Positions 1 through 11,604 of a stretch of DNA of 20,000 nucleotides are shown in pieces. Position 1 is the first letter of the stretch. Each line of letters begins with the position of its first letter. The DNA comes from Welwitschia mirabilis. Taxonomy: Eukaryota. The stretch spans positions 10,142,490 through 10,162,489 of the forward strand of contig JBOZIK010000001.1 of assembly GCA_051453625.1 (NCBI GenBank). The letters run 5' to 3'. The notes below the pieces were generated by a model, which ran no database searches, had not been told where the DNA came from, and saw only the letters and a list, made by a program, of their open reading frames with translations. Position numbers and translations under genes: made by a program.

Positions 1-551
1 AGTCCTCACATTTGTGAAACTCTCTATCCTATTTAGAAACTCCACAATTTATTCACTTGAAAAAGACAATGATGGGCATTGAATTCTCTATCTATGATAA
101 AAATTTAATTTTTGGGCATTACTAGAGTCATTAAAAATCAAGAATTTTAGAGAAGAGGCCATAGGCTGATGATTAAAGGCTGCAGAAGCAGGGGTATTCA
201 TATGATAGTCATCAAGAAGGCAACATTTAAAGTTTTGATGAGTTTTCAATTTCACCCACTAAAAATATTAGTTACTTTATAATCCCTGCAACTCTTCTTT
301 AGCATTACATGTAATTGAACAATTGTGTATCAAACTTCCCTTGTAAATTTCATAGAATCTTTTAGGTCTTTAATATAAGATGCAGTGAGCCCTACTGTCA
401 CAAGTTTCTTTCTCTTGTGCTACAACTACTTAATGTCCATTACATCATTCTTATGCAAAACTGTCATCCAAGGTAAAATGTTATTTGCATCCTACTAGAA
501 GAAGCATTTCTTTTAATAAAAGTTTTCTCGTTACTTCTTTTAGAATTAGAA

Positions 552-595
552 AATGAAAGAGGAAAAATTTAGGAATGAAAGAGGAAAAAGTTAGG
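552..595. repeat. 22-bp tandem duplication
   Basis: aatgaaagaggaaaaatttagg (552-573) followed by aatgaaagaggaaaaagttagg (574-595), 1 mismatch. Confidence 0.9.
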
Positions 596-1496
596 GAGTA
601 TCAAATTCTAACAAGATCAATTAGATTGGTTGAGCTACCACTATTTTCTCTTCTAGCTATTCTTTTTCCTAGAACTTTACTTTCACATTAGATCTTTGAA
701 TTTAGATAAGCATGATGATGCACAAGCATCATATTGTATAGTGTTTACCATAATCCAAGAAAATAACTAACTACAAACTTTAGATTATTCTTGCTGAATG
801 ATGTTCATTCTATAGAAAATTAACAAAGGGCTATGATGGATGTAGAGAAATTAAAAGAAAAATAGAGAGGAGAAAGAAAGAAAAGAGTGAAAAAATATAA
901 AGTATTCAAAGGAGGTTTTGGTCCTTTTTCAGTGGTAAGTAGTGTTGGAGTGGGCCTCTAATAGCAAGGGGTTACATCCCTAAGTGTGAAAAAAGCTCCC
1001 ACCTTCAGTCTTTAGGAGTCCTCAAGAAGAAGTAGTGTCAAGTTTGTCAAATAAGAATATGATACTTCATGAATTCTTATGATAAGTGTTACTTATTGAT
1101 AGCTTTTGGGTTAAGGTCTCAAGATTTAAGGCTAGTCTCTATTTTTAAGTAATAACCATGCACCAAGATCATCTTTTATTATATAGGTATTAACCCTAAG
1201 CACAGGGATTTAAGCATTGGGATCAAAACCTAAATAAGAAAGAAGGAACTATGAAGTGAAAATATCAATATATCATTGTAAGCTTGTATTTCGTGACATT
1301 ACTATTTTTGGTCTTAACATTACTATCTCTGCTTCTAATAGTTCCTTTTAATTTAGCTAGCAGCAAACAATTCCATGTATCATAGGACATTGTTAGAGAA
1401 TAAAGAATTGATACTTTGGAAGATTATAGTTATATCTCACCTTCATTCTAAAAGGGTAAGCAACTAACAAAGGTAATTTTGAAGATAATAGATAAG

Positions 1497-2290
1497 GGTG
1501 TGTGGAGAGTGGTATTGTCTTAGTATGTTGGTGGATAAGAAGTGAATTAATGGTATGATTATATTAACATTTAAGAATTACATTAGGAATCCCTTTAAGT
1601 TATATGCATCTTATTCCATGAAAAAATTCTTATTTTAATCTAAATAATGAGCTCTATGTAGCTTTCGTTGTTTTCCAATAACTCTTTCATACTCACGAAA
1701 TCTTTACAATAAAGATCTGCTATAATAGTAAACTCTTTATCCAATATATGCTATTTGTACAATCATCTTAGGTTTGTGAAGATTATACCTACATTCTCCC
1801 AATAGTAATATTTTTCAAATCCTCTTTCACTTTATATATATTATCATATGCAAATAAAATCATTTGGTATTATTGTCATTGTAAAGGTCATTATTTATAT
1901 AGATGTCCAATAAAATTAAAAGATAAGTATTAAACTAATAATGCCAAGAGGCATAGTAGATTGGTATATCATTTGTGTAGAATAGACCAAGAAAAGTTTG
2001 GGTTCCTAAAGCTAAATTAGACCTCAGAGCAGAGAGTAAGCATGCTTATCACTTATGCAATCAATTAAGGCATAACTATTATGTCACAACATAATGCAAC
2101 AAAGATTAAATTTTCAAAAAGCATGTAAATTTTCAAGGCACTGAAAGATACATCAATTTATGTAAGAACTTACAGATCACACTTTGCCCAATCAGGTAAG
2201 TTAATAGGTAACATCCTTAACATCTCAACTCCATTACACTTATCTTATGAGTTGAGATTATGATTAGATGTAGTTTGTAAAGTTGAAAGT
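1497..2290 (+). pseudogene. Heavily decayed, deletion-collapsed copia pol relic (PR/RT/RNase H fragments)
   Basis: Hand translation: GCVESG..MLVDK (~1497-1540, cf. WYLDSGCSRHMTGDK), EDYTYILPIV (1778-1807, cf. IDYDETFAPV), YHMQIKSF (1842-1865, cf. YQMDVKSAF), LLCHNI (2076-2093, cf. ILCDN), KLIGNILN (2198-2221, cf. KQLADIFT). Many stops and frameshifts. Motif order is right but identity is low. Confidence 0.45.
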
Positions 2291-2384
2291 TAAACTATGT
2301 GTGTGATCTTTAGCTGCTTGAAGTATTATTGTTATGATTATAATAATCATAGATTCTGTTTGAAAATCTGCAAAATTTTCTTAT

Positions 2385-2705
2385 AAACATCTCTGGTAAA
2401 GATGTTTTGAAATTTGTAGAAATCTTGGAATTAAACATCTTAATTTTTGGAAATGTCTTGAAAGGGCAAATACATCATTTTAAGTTATTAAATTAGATGT
2501 CTTAGTCTTTGTAGATGTCTTAACTGTACTATTATGGAAATGAAAAACACACAAAAATTAGGGTTTTGACAATTTTTATTAGATAAATGGATCATCAAAT
2601 CTCATTTTTAAATCTCCTCTTAACATGTGTTGCTCTTAGGTGATTTTCTAGACTTCATTTTTCTCAGATTTCCATGACTAGATGTCTTGGATTTGTGAGA
2701 CATCT
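2385..2705. repeat. Cluster of decayed AGACGTCT palindromes in the pol/env spacer
   Basis: Copies at 2385 (aaacatct), 2400, 2418, 2433, 2451, 2495 (agatgtct), 2513 (agatgtct), 2680 (agatgtct), 2698 (agacatct). Spacing is 15 or 18 bp within sub-clusters. Confidence 0.75.
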
Positions 2706-2888
2706 TAATAGAAAGTAAGAACAAGGGATTTTTCTTAAATAGATGCATATTTTTCATAATTTCTTATATTTTATTTGATCTTTGGTTAGTTTCTAGCTCT
2801 ATTTCATAAACATGATAAGAATAAAGATAACAAGATCTTCCAGAGGCAAAGAATAAGCCACAGAACAAACCAAATCTTAGTACGAACC

Positions 2889-2950
2889 TTAGTTTTATTA
2901 TGAGGCAATAGAAAGAAGATTAGTTTTATTATGAGGCAATAGAAAGAAGA
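2889..2950. repeat. Perfect 31-bp tandem duplication (frameshifting the env-like relic)
   Basis: ttagttttattatgaggcaatagaaagaaga at 2889-2919 and 2920-2950, identical. Confidence 0.95.
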
Positions 2951-3697
2951 TTTAAGACACAATCAAGAAACTCCACTATTATAGAGAGAACCCTTGGTTT
3001 TTAGAAGAGACACAGAGATTAGATCATGAGCTATATTACTCAGCTTGATTGAGAAAGATATACTTATTCAACTAGTTTAGTCTATTCTTGACCCAATAAT
3101 AAAAGAATTCTATGCAAATATTTATGAAATTAATGAAAACACTGGTGAATTTCAGACATAGATCAGAGGTACAAATTTGCATATTGTTCTAAGTTTTATT
3201 AATTCTTTACTTAGTATAGATGATACCAATGTCCCTTTGTTTTATAGTGATTCATTTAGAGAGATTTTTAGTTTTAGAATTGTCAATGTGTCTCAGCGTC
3301 AAATGAGGAATGTTTTATTTGGACACAGTAGAATAATATTTGTTAAGAAGATTGGAAAGTATATGATGATTGATGTCTCTTTTCTAAGTTTAGTAACATT
3401 TTACACCATTTTAGTTAGATAAGGTAGTTACAGCTATTACAAACCCATGCAAGCTTTCATTGTATACCAATTACTCACAGGGTTTTAGATAGATTTAGGA
3501 TTTGTATTATGCATGGATATTATCTTATTATTCTATAAATAGTAGACTTTGGGATATCCTTATCTTATCAATTTAATTATTAGTAATGTAGACATTTCAG
3601 TGTCATAAATTAACTTCATCCATTAGAAGAAACGATTGGTAGAATTTAGTGAGAAATAGAAAGCACCTATGACACTAGGCGAAGGCATAAGCAGAAG

Positions 3698-3797
3698 NNN
3701 NNNNNNNNNNNNNNNNNNNNNNNNNNNNNNNNNNNNNNNNNNNNNNNNNNNNNNNNNNNNNNNNNNNNNNNNNNNNNNNNNNNNNNNNNNNNNNNNN
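3698..3797. other. Assembly gap (100 N)
   Basis: Exactly 100 N, typical of a scaffolding spacer of unknown true size. Confidence 0.98.
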
Positions 3798-5376
3798 AAG
3801 GACACTACAAATGCAAAGATCATTTTCAACTACTACACATAGATCTTCCTTAGTGAAAAATGAACTGAAGGCTATTACCAAAATGATTGAGAGGATTGAA
3901 AGAAACATTCTAAGGCTAAAGAAACATAGATCTACAATAAGTGAAGGAGAGGCACCGATAGAGAGTTGGGAATCCATGAGGATTACTACATGGTCATATT
4001 TAGAGGAGGAATAAGAAGAGGAGGAGCCAGAATCATTATCTCCATTTGGCATGGAATATGACTTAGGCAGAATAACACATAGTGAGTCTTTAGAGGATTT
4101 TTTTTGGAGATAAGGCATAGGTGCAATGGGAGTACCAGACTCCTATAGAGGAACATGTGTAGAGGAAGCGACAAGCTTCAAGTTCTTCTCAGTATAGGCT
4201 TGTACAATAGGAGATTGAGTCTAAGAGCTTAAATGCTCCATCGCTTATCTTTTATTGTCTTTATTAAAAGATTCAATTTAATAGATCTTCATAGCCACCA
4301 TTATTACCTTAGCCCTCTTCACCATTACATGCACCTTCTCCACCTCTAGTTCATCCACCATTACCTCCATCTTTGCATATAGAGCCCATTTAAATTGAAC
4401 TAATCCCATCTATTTAGCTTCTGTCCATCTTCACAAAGATCACCATCACTAGCTTCTTAGGACTTTTATCACTTCTTAAACATATCAATGCATGAGGAGA
4501 TAGGACTTTTAAGACCCTAGTAAGACATCATACTACCCCTCTAAGAAGAGGCATACACCACCACCTACTTCATCGTAATCTTATACATAGCCCAACTTCA
4601 CCATCCATGATAGTGAGAACGGTGATGAAGAAGCCAAGGTAAGCAAGATAGGAGTGATTTAGGTCTCACTAATTAGAGCCTTTCTATTGATATCCAAAAA
4701 TGGATAGAAGTATAGGAAAAATTAGTAGCAGATCACTTGAATATTTTCGCTTCCAGGATTGAGGACATGGGATTGGAGCTCTTGATTATGATATCTTGAA
4801 TTGGATTTAAGAGTGTCATTATTTGTATCATTGATCCCTCCTTGACATTTTGGCTTACATTCATGTTATTTAATTCTTTCTTAATAGCATGCCTATTATT
4901 TCATGTATTATGTTTGACACATTTGTCATTCTTATCTCATGCCTTTTTTGGCATACCCTGCATATATGCTTTTTGAATTTTCTAGCACAGCTTCCATTGA
5001 GCTATGTTATAGTGATTGGCACACATTTGAACTTCATGTTTTAAAAGTGGTACATTTCCATAAATATATTATAATGTTGAGATTATCAAATGTTTATGTG
5101 TTTTATTATTTTTATGGACATATGTAAATGAAGAATATAATGATTTATCATCCATTTTTGTGTACTTTAAAAGGTTACTTAAGTGAATATAAAATGTATC
5201 TTATACTAGTTTTTTTCAAGTGGTATATATATCCAAGTGATTTTTAAATCTTAAGTGATACATATTATGTTTATTACAACTAGTAACTAATGTGTGTTTA
5301 ACTAAAATACAATGTTTAATTTTAATTAATTAGTTGAGATTGCACCAAGGAGATTTGCCAAGTTTTGAACATCATC

Positions 5377-5390
5377 AAAAAGGGGGAGAT
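5377..5390 (+). promoter_or_regulatory. Polypurine tract (Sirevirus-type AGGGGGAG)
   Basis: catcatcAAAAAGGGGGAGAT directly before the LTR. A decayed upstream copy attgatatccaaaaatggatagaag at 4686-4710 fits the multi-PPT signature. Confidence 0.85.
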
Positions 5391-6755
5391 CATTGGAAAA
5401 TCTACTTTTCATGACTCAACTCATCAAATATTTTATATATTTATGTAAACAAGTTATTATAGATAAATTAGATCTTAAAAGGTACTAGATTAAGATGGAT
5501 GTTCAAAGGCAACATCTCATAAAAAGGATTCAGTGATAAACTACAAAACCATGTGTTTGAAGATGTCTAAGGAATTAAATATGTCTTAAGTTAAGACGTC
5601 TAGAAGAGTAAAGACATCTAAAATGTACATAGCTAGAATAGGTAATAGAGTCTATTCGTTTTTTACTAATATCTTGCATTTTAGGTGTGCTATAAACTTG
5701 TACATAATGGATTCAGGATCATGAAGGTCCAAGTATACTAAAGTGTAAAATTCATCAGAATTCAGGCAAGTTGACTTAAGATGTCTACAAATTGAAGACA
5801 TATGGAAAGCAAACATTTATAAAATTCAAGATGTCTTGGACTAAAGTTCATATTTCTTTAAAACAAAGTTACATGCTTAAAGCATAGAGATTAGCTATCC
5901 ATTGCATGGTGGTTACATATTCAAATGACTACATTCTGAGCTCAGATGGCTAGATATTTCTCATTGTTATAAAGAATCAACATCAAAAATTAGAGAAGAA
6001 CTTTTTGTACTTCATTAAATAAATCAAGCTTATAGATCTTGAAAGTATGAGTAAAGGAAATTACCCATGAAGAAATTAAAAGATTTAGTAGTAAGAAGCT
6101 AGCATTATTTCATATCTTAGATTTGAATCTTCATTGCAACCATCTTCCTCATTATAATCATAACAACAACAACAAATTTAAATATATTAAAGTCTTTATG
6201 AAATCATATTCAGCCTTATTGTTATATTGCATTTTTTTGATTATTTCATTATGAACTATCTTATTATTGAATACTATTATAGAGTTCATTTCTTGAAATA
6301 TCAAATACTTTATAATGCAACCTTTGTAGGGGTTTGCATTGGTTATTGTACTTTTAGACACTTGTTAGATGTAAGGTTATTGTTTAATTAGAAAAATAAT
6401 TATTTCTTTATAGGGAAGAAAGTGCTGCCTTATAAGGAGACTCTCATTATTGTAAAAGTTCATGGTGTGCCTGTGAAAACCACTATTTCCTTGAGGGGAA
6501 GATACTGTTGTCTTGTGAGGAGATTCTTACTTGTTGTAAAGTTAATGGTGTGATAGAAAACCACTATTTCTTATAAGTCAAGAATATTTAAAGATGTGAG
6601 TAGAAGCTACCCTCTATGTGTGGATGTACCCAAGTTGGGGAGCCACGTTATTTGATAAGATCTTCCATTGTACATTTTTATTTTCTTATTTGGTTGAAAT
6701 TTTATTTGGTAAAACTCATTCAACCCTCCCCTCTATATTCAAATTGATTCTTACT
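5391..6755 (+). repeat. 3' LTR of the Sirevirus-like element (~1.36 kb)
   Basis: Starts right after the PPT (cattggaaaa, where TGTTGG is expected, so the terminus has mutated). U3 palindromes at 5561, 5579, 5594 (intact AGACGTCT), 5612, 5779, 5796, 5811, 5829. atggctag then TATAAA at 5968-5973. C-rich end motif 6718-6734 followed by ...ttcttac. Confidence 0.75.
6371..6587 (+). repeat. ~82-bp tandem repeat (~2.6 copies) in LTR U5
   Basis: Units begin with tatttc at 6401, 6484 and 6565 and share ggaaga...ggaga.tct...tgtaaa.gtt.atggtgtg...gaaaaccac. Confidence 0.85.
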
Positions 6756-6849
6756 TCTTTTCATGCATAGAATACTACTCCCAGGTGCACTTTTCTTGCT
6801 TACTTGCACTTATCTTGCATTTTTATCTTTTTTCTTCTTGTGTTAATGC

Positions 6850-8749
6850 AACATGGGATGTATTAATTCATCTATTTAGTTAGAGAGAGGTTGTGTTAGG
6901 GGAGACATATATTTAGTATACTAATCCAATTTTGAATGTTTGTTATTTGAGTGATATATATTATGGATATTGTTTACTAAATCATGTACTTAGTAGCAGA
7001 ATACTTGTAGTTTATTTCCTTGCAAGAATGATATAAATAATTTATGAGATCATGAATTAGGGGAATAATGTTATGATTGATTATTTTTTACCTATTTTTC
7101 CTTGTAAATTATACTTAAAAACTTAATGCTTATTGAATATCATTTTTGAGTTATTACTTTTTCTCACTATACATGCACATCATTTATCTAAGTTATTATG
7201 GTCATATCTTATGATGATTATTTTGTTATGACAACCAATTTTTATCTTTTTGATATGTTAAGTGTTTTAAGTAGGAGGCTAATGCATTAGCAAGTATTTT
7301 AATCTTATTTTCTAATGATTATGATTGCAAGAAATTAATTTTATAGATTGATTTATAAGAGTCTATCATCTGCATAATGGTTCAGACGATAGTTTGGATG
7401 ATACTATGGTTACTTCATCTATCAAGGTAAAACATTTTAATTTATTTAATTTTATAATTTACTCCTAGATACTGAGATTTATAAACTTAATTTACATATT
7501 CCTAGATAGTGGTTTATCTTAGTTAATTTAGCTCATAATTATAGTTGCTCACCAACTTTGTCAGGGACTAACAAGGCTAAGTGGAGATGCTATGTTGTGA
7601 TGCCAAATTGTATGTTTTTAATGGGCTATTTTGAGTAGTTTTGCAGAACATTTAGATACATTTAAGCACAAAATGATGATTACTAAGAGTCAAGGAGAAA
7701 ATCATGGAAATGCACAAATACCAAAACTTTTGAAGGCATTTTGAATATATTCTAATGCTTCACATTTTGAGGAGGAACTAATGTTTTAAAAAGCCAAATT
7801 TACTTGATTAAGAGCTTAAAGAAGTATTTAGTCCCTTTCATTATCTAGACAACCACTAGGATGATACCACTTACATGATAACTAGGATGCTAACTAGATT
7901 GACATGAAGGTTAAATATAGAACTCTTTTAACATGGCATCATTCCCACTATCATCCAGATGATAGTTAGGATGACATTCTAATTTTATTCAATGTACTAG
8001 ACTTCACCAAACTTATGTAATGTATCATTTTTTTTCTATATGTTATTAGTGTTTCTCACGAATTTTCTAGAATTGTCTATTTTTGAGTTTGTTATAATTA
8101 ATAAATATTGCCTTTGTCCTCAACTATAATCATCTTTAGTGCAATAGAAACTCTCATAATAGGAGATCGAAGGGTTGAAGATCTGTCCATTAGTTTTAAA
8201 GAGGGCCTTCCTTAGTATTATATCATAAAAGGATGTTAGTTTGACTTTTAACAAAAATCTTATTTTAGTTTTATAAATATTTATGTGCATCTCCCTTATA
8301 GTTTATGTTCGTTATGATTTTGTGATAATTTCATAATTGATATAGGTCATAAAGGGCAACCTTTGTCAACATTAAAATAATTAGAAATGTGTATTGCATT
8401 TTATATTTTTCAGATTAATCATTGCATGTTTTCCATATTTTATTCAATGTACTTGATAGCCTAGGTTGGTTTTGGTTAGTAATAGTTTCTTTGTTGATGT
8501 AGGTTATATAGGGCCAATCTTAGTAATAGAGATTTGGTAGTTAGATAGATATTGCATTTAGAGTAGATTGCATTTTGCATTTGCATTGTGTGTTTACTTT
8601 CCTTGCATTGTTAATTTTTATTTTCAAACTTTACTTCATAAAAAGCAATTCTTTTTCTTCTCTTCTTATGCCTTTGATGAATTAAGACATTCAAATCAAA
8701 TTCCATCTATATTAGTGTGTTGTGTTTATGCAAATGTTTGTGATTAACA
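6850..8749 (+). mobile_element. Athila-like Ty3/gypsy 3' internal end, PPT and LTR (degenerate)
   Basis: tttgtcagggactaacaaggctaagtggagatg (7557-7589) resembles the Athila 3' motif TTGCTCGAGGACTAGCAAAAGNNTAAGTGTGGGGG. It is followed by TG(TG)ATGCC at ~7596, a TATA-like site near 8100 and a candidate end ...gtgattaaca at 8749. Boundaries approximate. Confidence 0.5.
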
Positions 8750-9159
8750 AATTTAACCAAGGACAGAAATGATGGCATAAATATGCACTGCAACAACATG
8801 GGAATGTCTTAACATTGGATAAATTTAATATTTACATTCTGATGTCAAAAGTAAAATTCATAATTATACATATGGAATTTAAACATAGATTAAGTTAAAG
8901 ATGATCATGTAGTATTATAACCTAAACTAAGAAATGGAGCTAAGAGAAAATTTAGAGAATGGAAAAGAGATGATCCTACTCTTCATTAAGAGGATAGAAC
9001 AAGTTATTTACTTTTACCATGTTTAAGGCATAAGTATAATCATTAGGGGATGCATAAATTTTGAGCCTTTAACCATTAATTTTTTGGATGTCTTTTGTTT
9101 AAAGATCAAAAATCTTAATAAATACATTAAAATGTAATTTTTTTATAATATAAGAACCT

Positions 9160-9860
9160 CATAATTTAGAAGTCAACTTGTTATGTATTAATGCACTCAC
9201 GTATCATATAATAATACAAGTTGACCAAATTCAAGGGATTTCTGAATTATTTCTTTATCATGTTTGTGTTTGATTTGGCCTTTATGGATAAGTGGATGGT
9301 AAATAGCACTAATGCATTTCTCATCTAAGTGTTGCAATTGTACTAGTCTATAGTGAATATTCTCATGCTAATTCAAGACATCTAATTAGTGTGTCATCTA
9401 ATTAGTGGGTTATATGATAAGAATTATGGTAAACATCAACTAAAGTATATAAGTTTTACTATACACAAGTTCATAAGGTGACTAACCAAGTGAATTACAC
9501 CAAGTAGTATAGTAGGCCTAAAGAACATTATTAAGTTTAAGTGACTAATATTTCTTATTTTTGAAAATATGTTTTTGGAGAATTTTCTTAATCTCCCTAT
9601 TAGCACTTTTATCTTGAGCATATGTTTATGGGTGATAAGCATTAGTAATTCTATGTTTAATTCCAACAGAAATAAAGAGTATTCTAAGAACCTTATTTAT
9701 GAAATGAATTATTTATTCACTTATCAAAAATACATGGAAAGCTAGACCTATGAAAGATATTAAAATTTAGAAAAGTGGACATGGTTTTAACATTATTTTG
9801 ATAAGTAGGAATTTCTTCAATTCATTTAGTGATATACTTAACCACTATTAAGATATAATA
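9160..9860 (+). pseudogene. Second decayed copia RT/RNase H relic
   Basis: QVDQIQGISELFLYHVCV*FGLYG (9217-9288, cf. YVEQPPGFED..PNHVYKLKKALYG), VGLKNIIKFK (~9512-9541, cf. AVKRILRYLK), WVISISNSMFNSNRNKEY (9629-9682, same spacing as WSSKKQNSVALSTAEAEY), FSDIL (9825-9839, cf. LADIL). Confidence 0.55.
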
Positions 9861-10231
9861 TTTATTATGAGAAAATGGTTTAAGTGATTTAATAAAGTCT
9901 ATACCCTGATAATTAAAAGGTTCACATTTAAGAATAATTTATAACGAAATTTCTTAAGATTTGATGAGGCTTCTAAAGTATTGATATGCATCACATCTTC
10001 TAGTAAAATCAAAGGAATATTTAAAAAGATGAGTTTAACAAAAACTAGCATGAAAAATTTTATCATAGTTTTTTAGTTATTAGAGTAACCTCCACACATA
10101 TCATCCCATTTCCACTCTAGCAGACCCTTATGCATGATTTTATTTTTATATTTGTAGTAGATGTGTGGCTCAATTAGAGGTCCAATGTTGGGGAGCTTTG
10201 AATAAAGAATTTTATTTAATTAGAGGTCTAA

Positions 10232-11604
10232 TGTTTTGAAGTTTTAAAGGTAGTAACATACTTTACTATATTATTATACCATGGAGTAGAACATTAAGAA
10301 GAAATATGATAAAGTTCATGAATGTAAAATAATTCTTTATTTGAAAGAATTCCTCAATAGGAAGTTTATTAACATGCAAAAATTGAAGATCATTTCAGGT
10401 TATTTACTACTTTCTAAAGGACACACTAAAGATTAAAGATTATTCAGCTAAAGGTCACTAGTACCACTAGTTCTTTGGAGAAAAATAATGTAAAAGCTAT
10501 GTTCTAAAACTATCATATAAGGGTAATCAAATTGTAGTTATGAATCTAAGTAATTATCACATCAAAAACAACTAATATCCTTAACAATACATGGTAGCAA
10601 CCCAAAAAAAATGTGATAATAATATATGTGATGAAGTAGGAGATACATGGTGATAGTACTAGTTAGAAGAAGCATTATAATCCAAAAGTCATGTCATAAC
10701 CACTTTCATAAGAAAACAAAAAGCCTACCTAAGGCCATATGATGATAATTGCAACCTCTGAAATTATAACTAGCTAACTTATAACTATTCAAATTGTAAC
10801 CACCACTAATCACTATAAGCCAAAAACGCTTTTAAACTTATCAACCCTTTTCTTGCCTATAAAATATCTTTGAACCCTTATTTATAATAGAGATTTAGCT
10901 AGTGGAACATAGATGGAACAAGTGTAAAGTTGATATGGCATTCTAATCTTTCCCTTTGAAAGTAAACTAGCTTTGAGGCTAGTTTAAGTAGTCTATACTA
11001 TCTTTATTTTCATCCTCCAATATAATGTAGTTTTTCATTTTTATGAATTATGGTTATTTATTTTTTATTTTTAATGCAAGTAACATCACACTTTTAATGT
11101 TTAAGTAAAATTAAATTATTAATTTTTTGTTTACTAAATGAGTTTCTTGAGGTTACTTTTAAGATTTTTAGTTACTATCATTTGATGGATGTTATGAATA
11201 ATAGTCCATACTTTGTATGCTTATGAATGGTTATGAAGGATCAGAGGGGCTAAGTAATTCATCAACACTTATAAGGGAAATGAGATTATGTCATCATAAT
11301 CCAAGCCATCAAGACTTCACAATCTTATAATTTCAAAGATTTATAGGATATTATTAAAGTGAAAGTTTTATAGATCAGATGATTCAAGGTAGACCTATAG
11401 AGTTATTTTTTTCTTTTCACTTCATCAAGTTCAAGGTTTATCATAAATCTCATTTGTGGTTTTTATTTTAAATCATTACAACTTAAAGAATTCTATGTTG
11501 TATTACCTTTATTTAGTTTTACCCTGATTTATCCTTATGGAAGGATGATACTAGACACTTGTCTATTTTTAATCAAAGATTGCTTTTATTACAAAAAATA
11601 CACA
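10232..11604 (+). repeat. Athila-like LTR (copy A, plus strand; solo or orphan)
   Basis: Homologous to the reverse complement of 12377-13831 and 18431-19420. For example tatccttatggaaggatgatactagacacttg (11530-11560) vs rc tattcctatggaggaatgatactagatattta, and ttttcttgcctataaaatatctttgaacccttatt (~10847-10882) vs rc ttttctcatctataaaataatcttgagcccttatt. Ends in CA at 11604; left end approximate. Confidence 0.75.

Larger units (their letters stand above)
2812..4660 (+). pseudogene. env-like / extra-ORF pseudogene of plant LTR retrotransposon (putative plant transposon protein domain)
   Basis: ATG at 2812 (MIRIKITRSSRGKE). The frame of track ORF 3177-3422 extends upstream as PIIKEFYANIYEINENTGEFQT*IRGTNLHIVLSFINSLL (from 3093) and downstream as LGYPYLINLI (3549-3578). 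This matches the 'P.LV.EFYAN...VRG' and 'LPY..LIT' signatures of these ORFs. Acidic and Pro/Ser-rich decayed tail after the gap; 3' end approximate. Confidence 0.7.
1380..6755 (+). mobile_element. Degenerate Sirevirus/SIRE-like Ty1/copia LTR retrotransposon, 3' portion (pol relic - motif spacer - env-like - PPT - 3' LTR)
   Basis: Parts occur in the expected order: copia pol motif relics (1497-2221), AGACGTCT-type palindromes in both the spacer and the LTR, env-like 'IIKEFYANI...IRG' relic, PPT AAAAAGGGGGAGAT (5377-5390), C-rich LTR end ATTCAACCCTCCCCTCT (6718-6734). The 5' boundary is undefined and the element spans an N gap. Confidence 0.75.

Noticed and set aside
1..540. Possible minus-strand coding relic (e.g. 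PKRFYEI)
   Set aside because: Too weak to assign by eye; probably another TE fragment.
600..1380. 5' LTR, PBS (TGGTATCAGAGC) and gag of the Sirevirus-like element
   Set aside because: No match to the 3' LTR end or a tRNA-Met PBS was found; gag hints are too degraded to support.
3177..3422. 81-aa ORF as a functional CDS
   Set aside because: TTG start just after an in-frame stop; it is a fragment of the env-like pseudogene.
3623..4174. Track ORFs 3623-3829(-), 3675-4118(-), 3811-4014(+), 3986-4174(-)
   Set aside because: They read through N or overlap the decayed env-like tail; none has independent gene signals.
6159..6176. (AAC)n microsatellite
   Set aside because: Only about four units; unremarkable.
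4939..6361. ORFs 4939-5127(+) and 6158-6361(-)
   Set aside because: Short AT-rich chance ORFs in the 3' UTR and LTR with no recognisable domain.
10172..10235. Short direct repeat aattagaggtc(c/t)aatgtt as a TSD or regulatory site
   Set aside because: Too long for an LTR TSD and both copies lie on one side of LTR A; likely a small local duplication.
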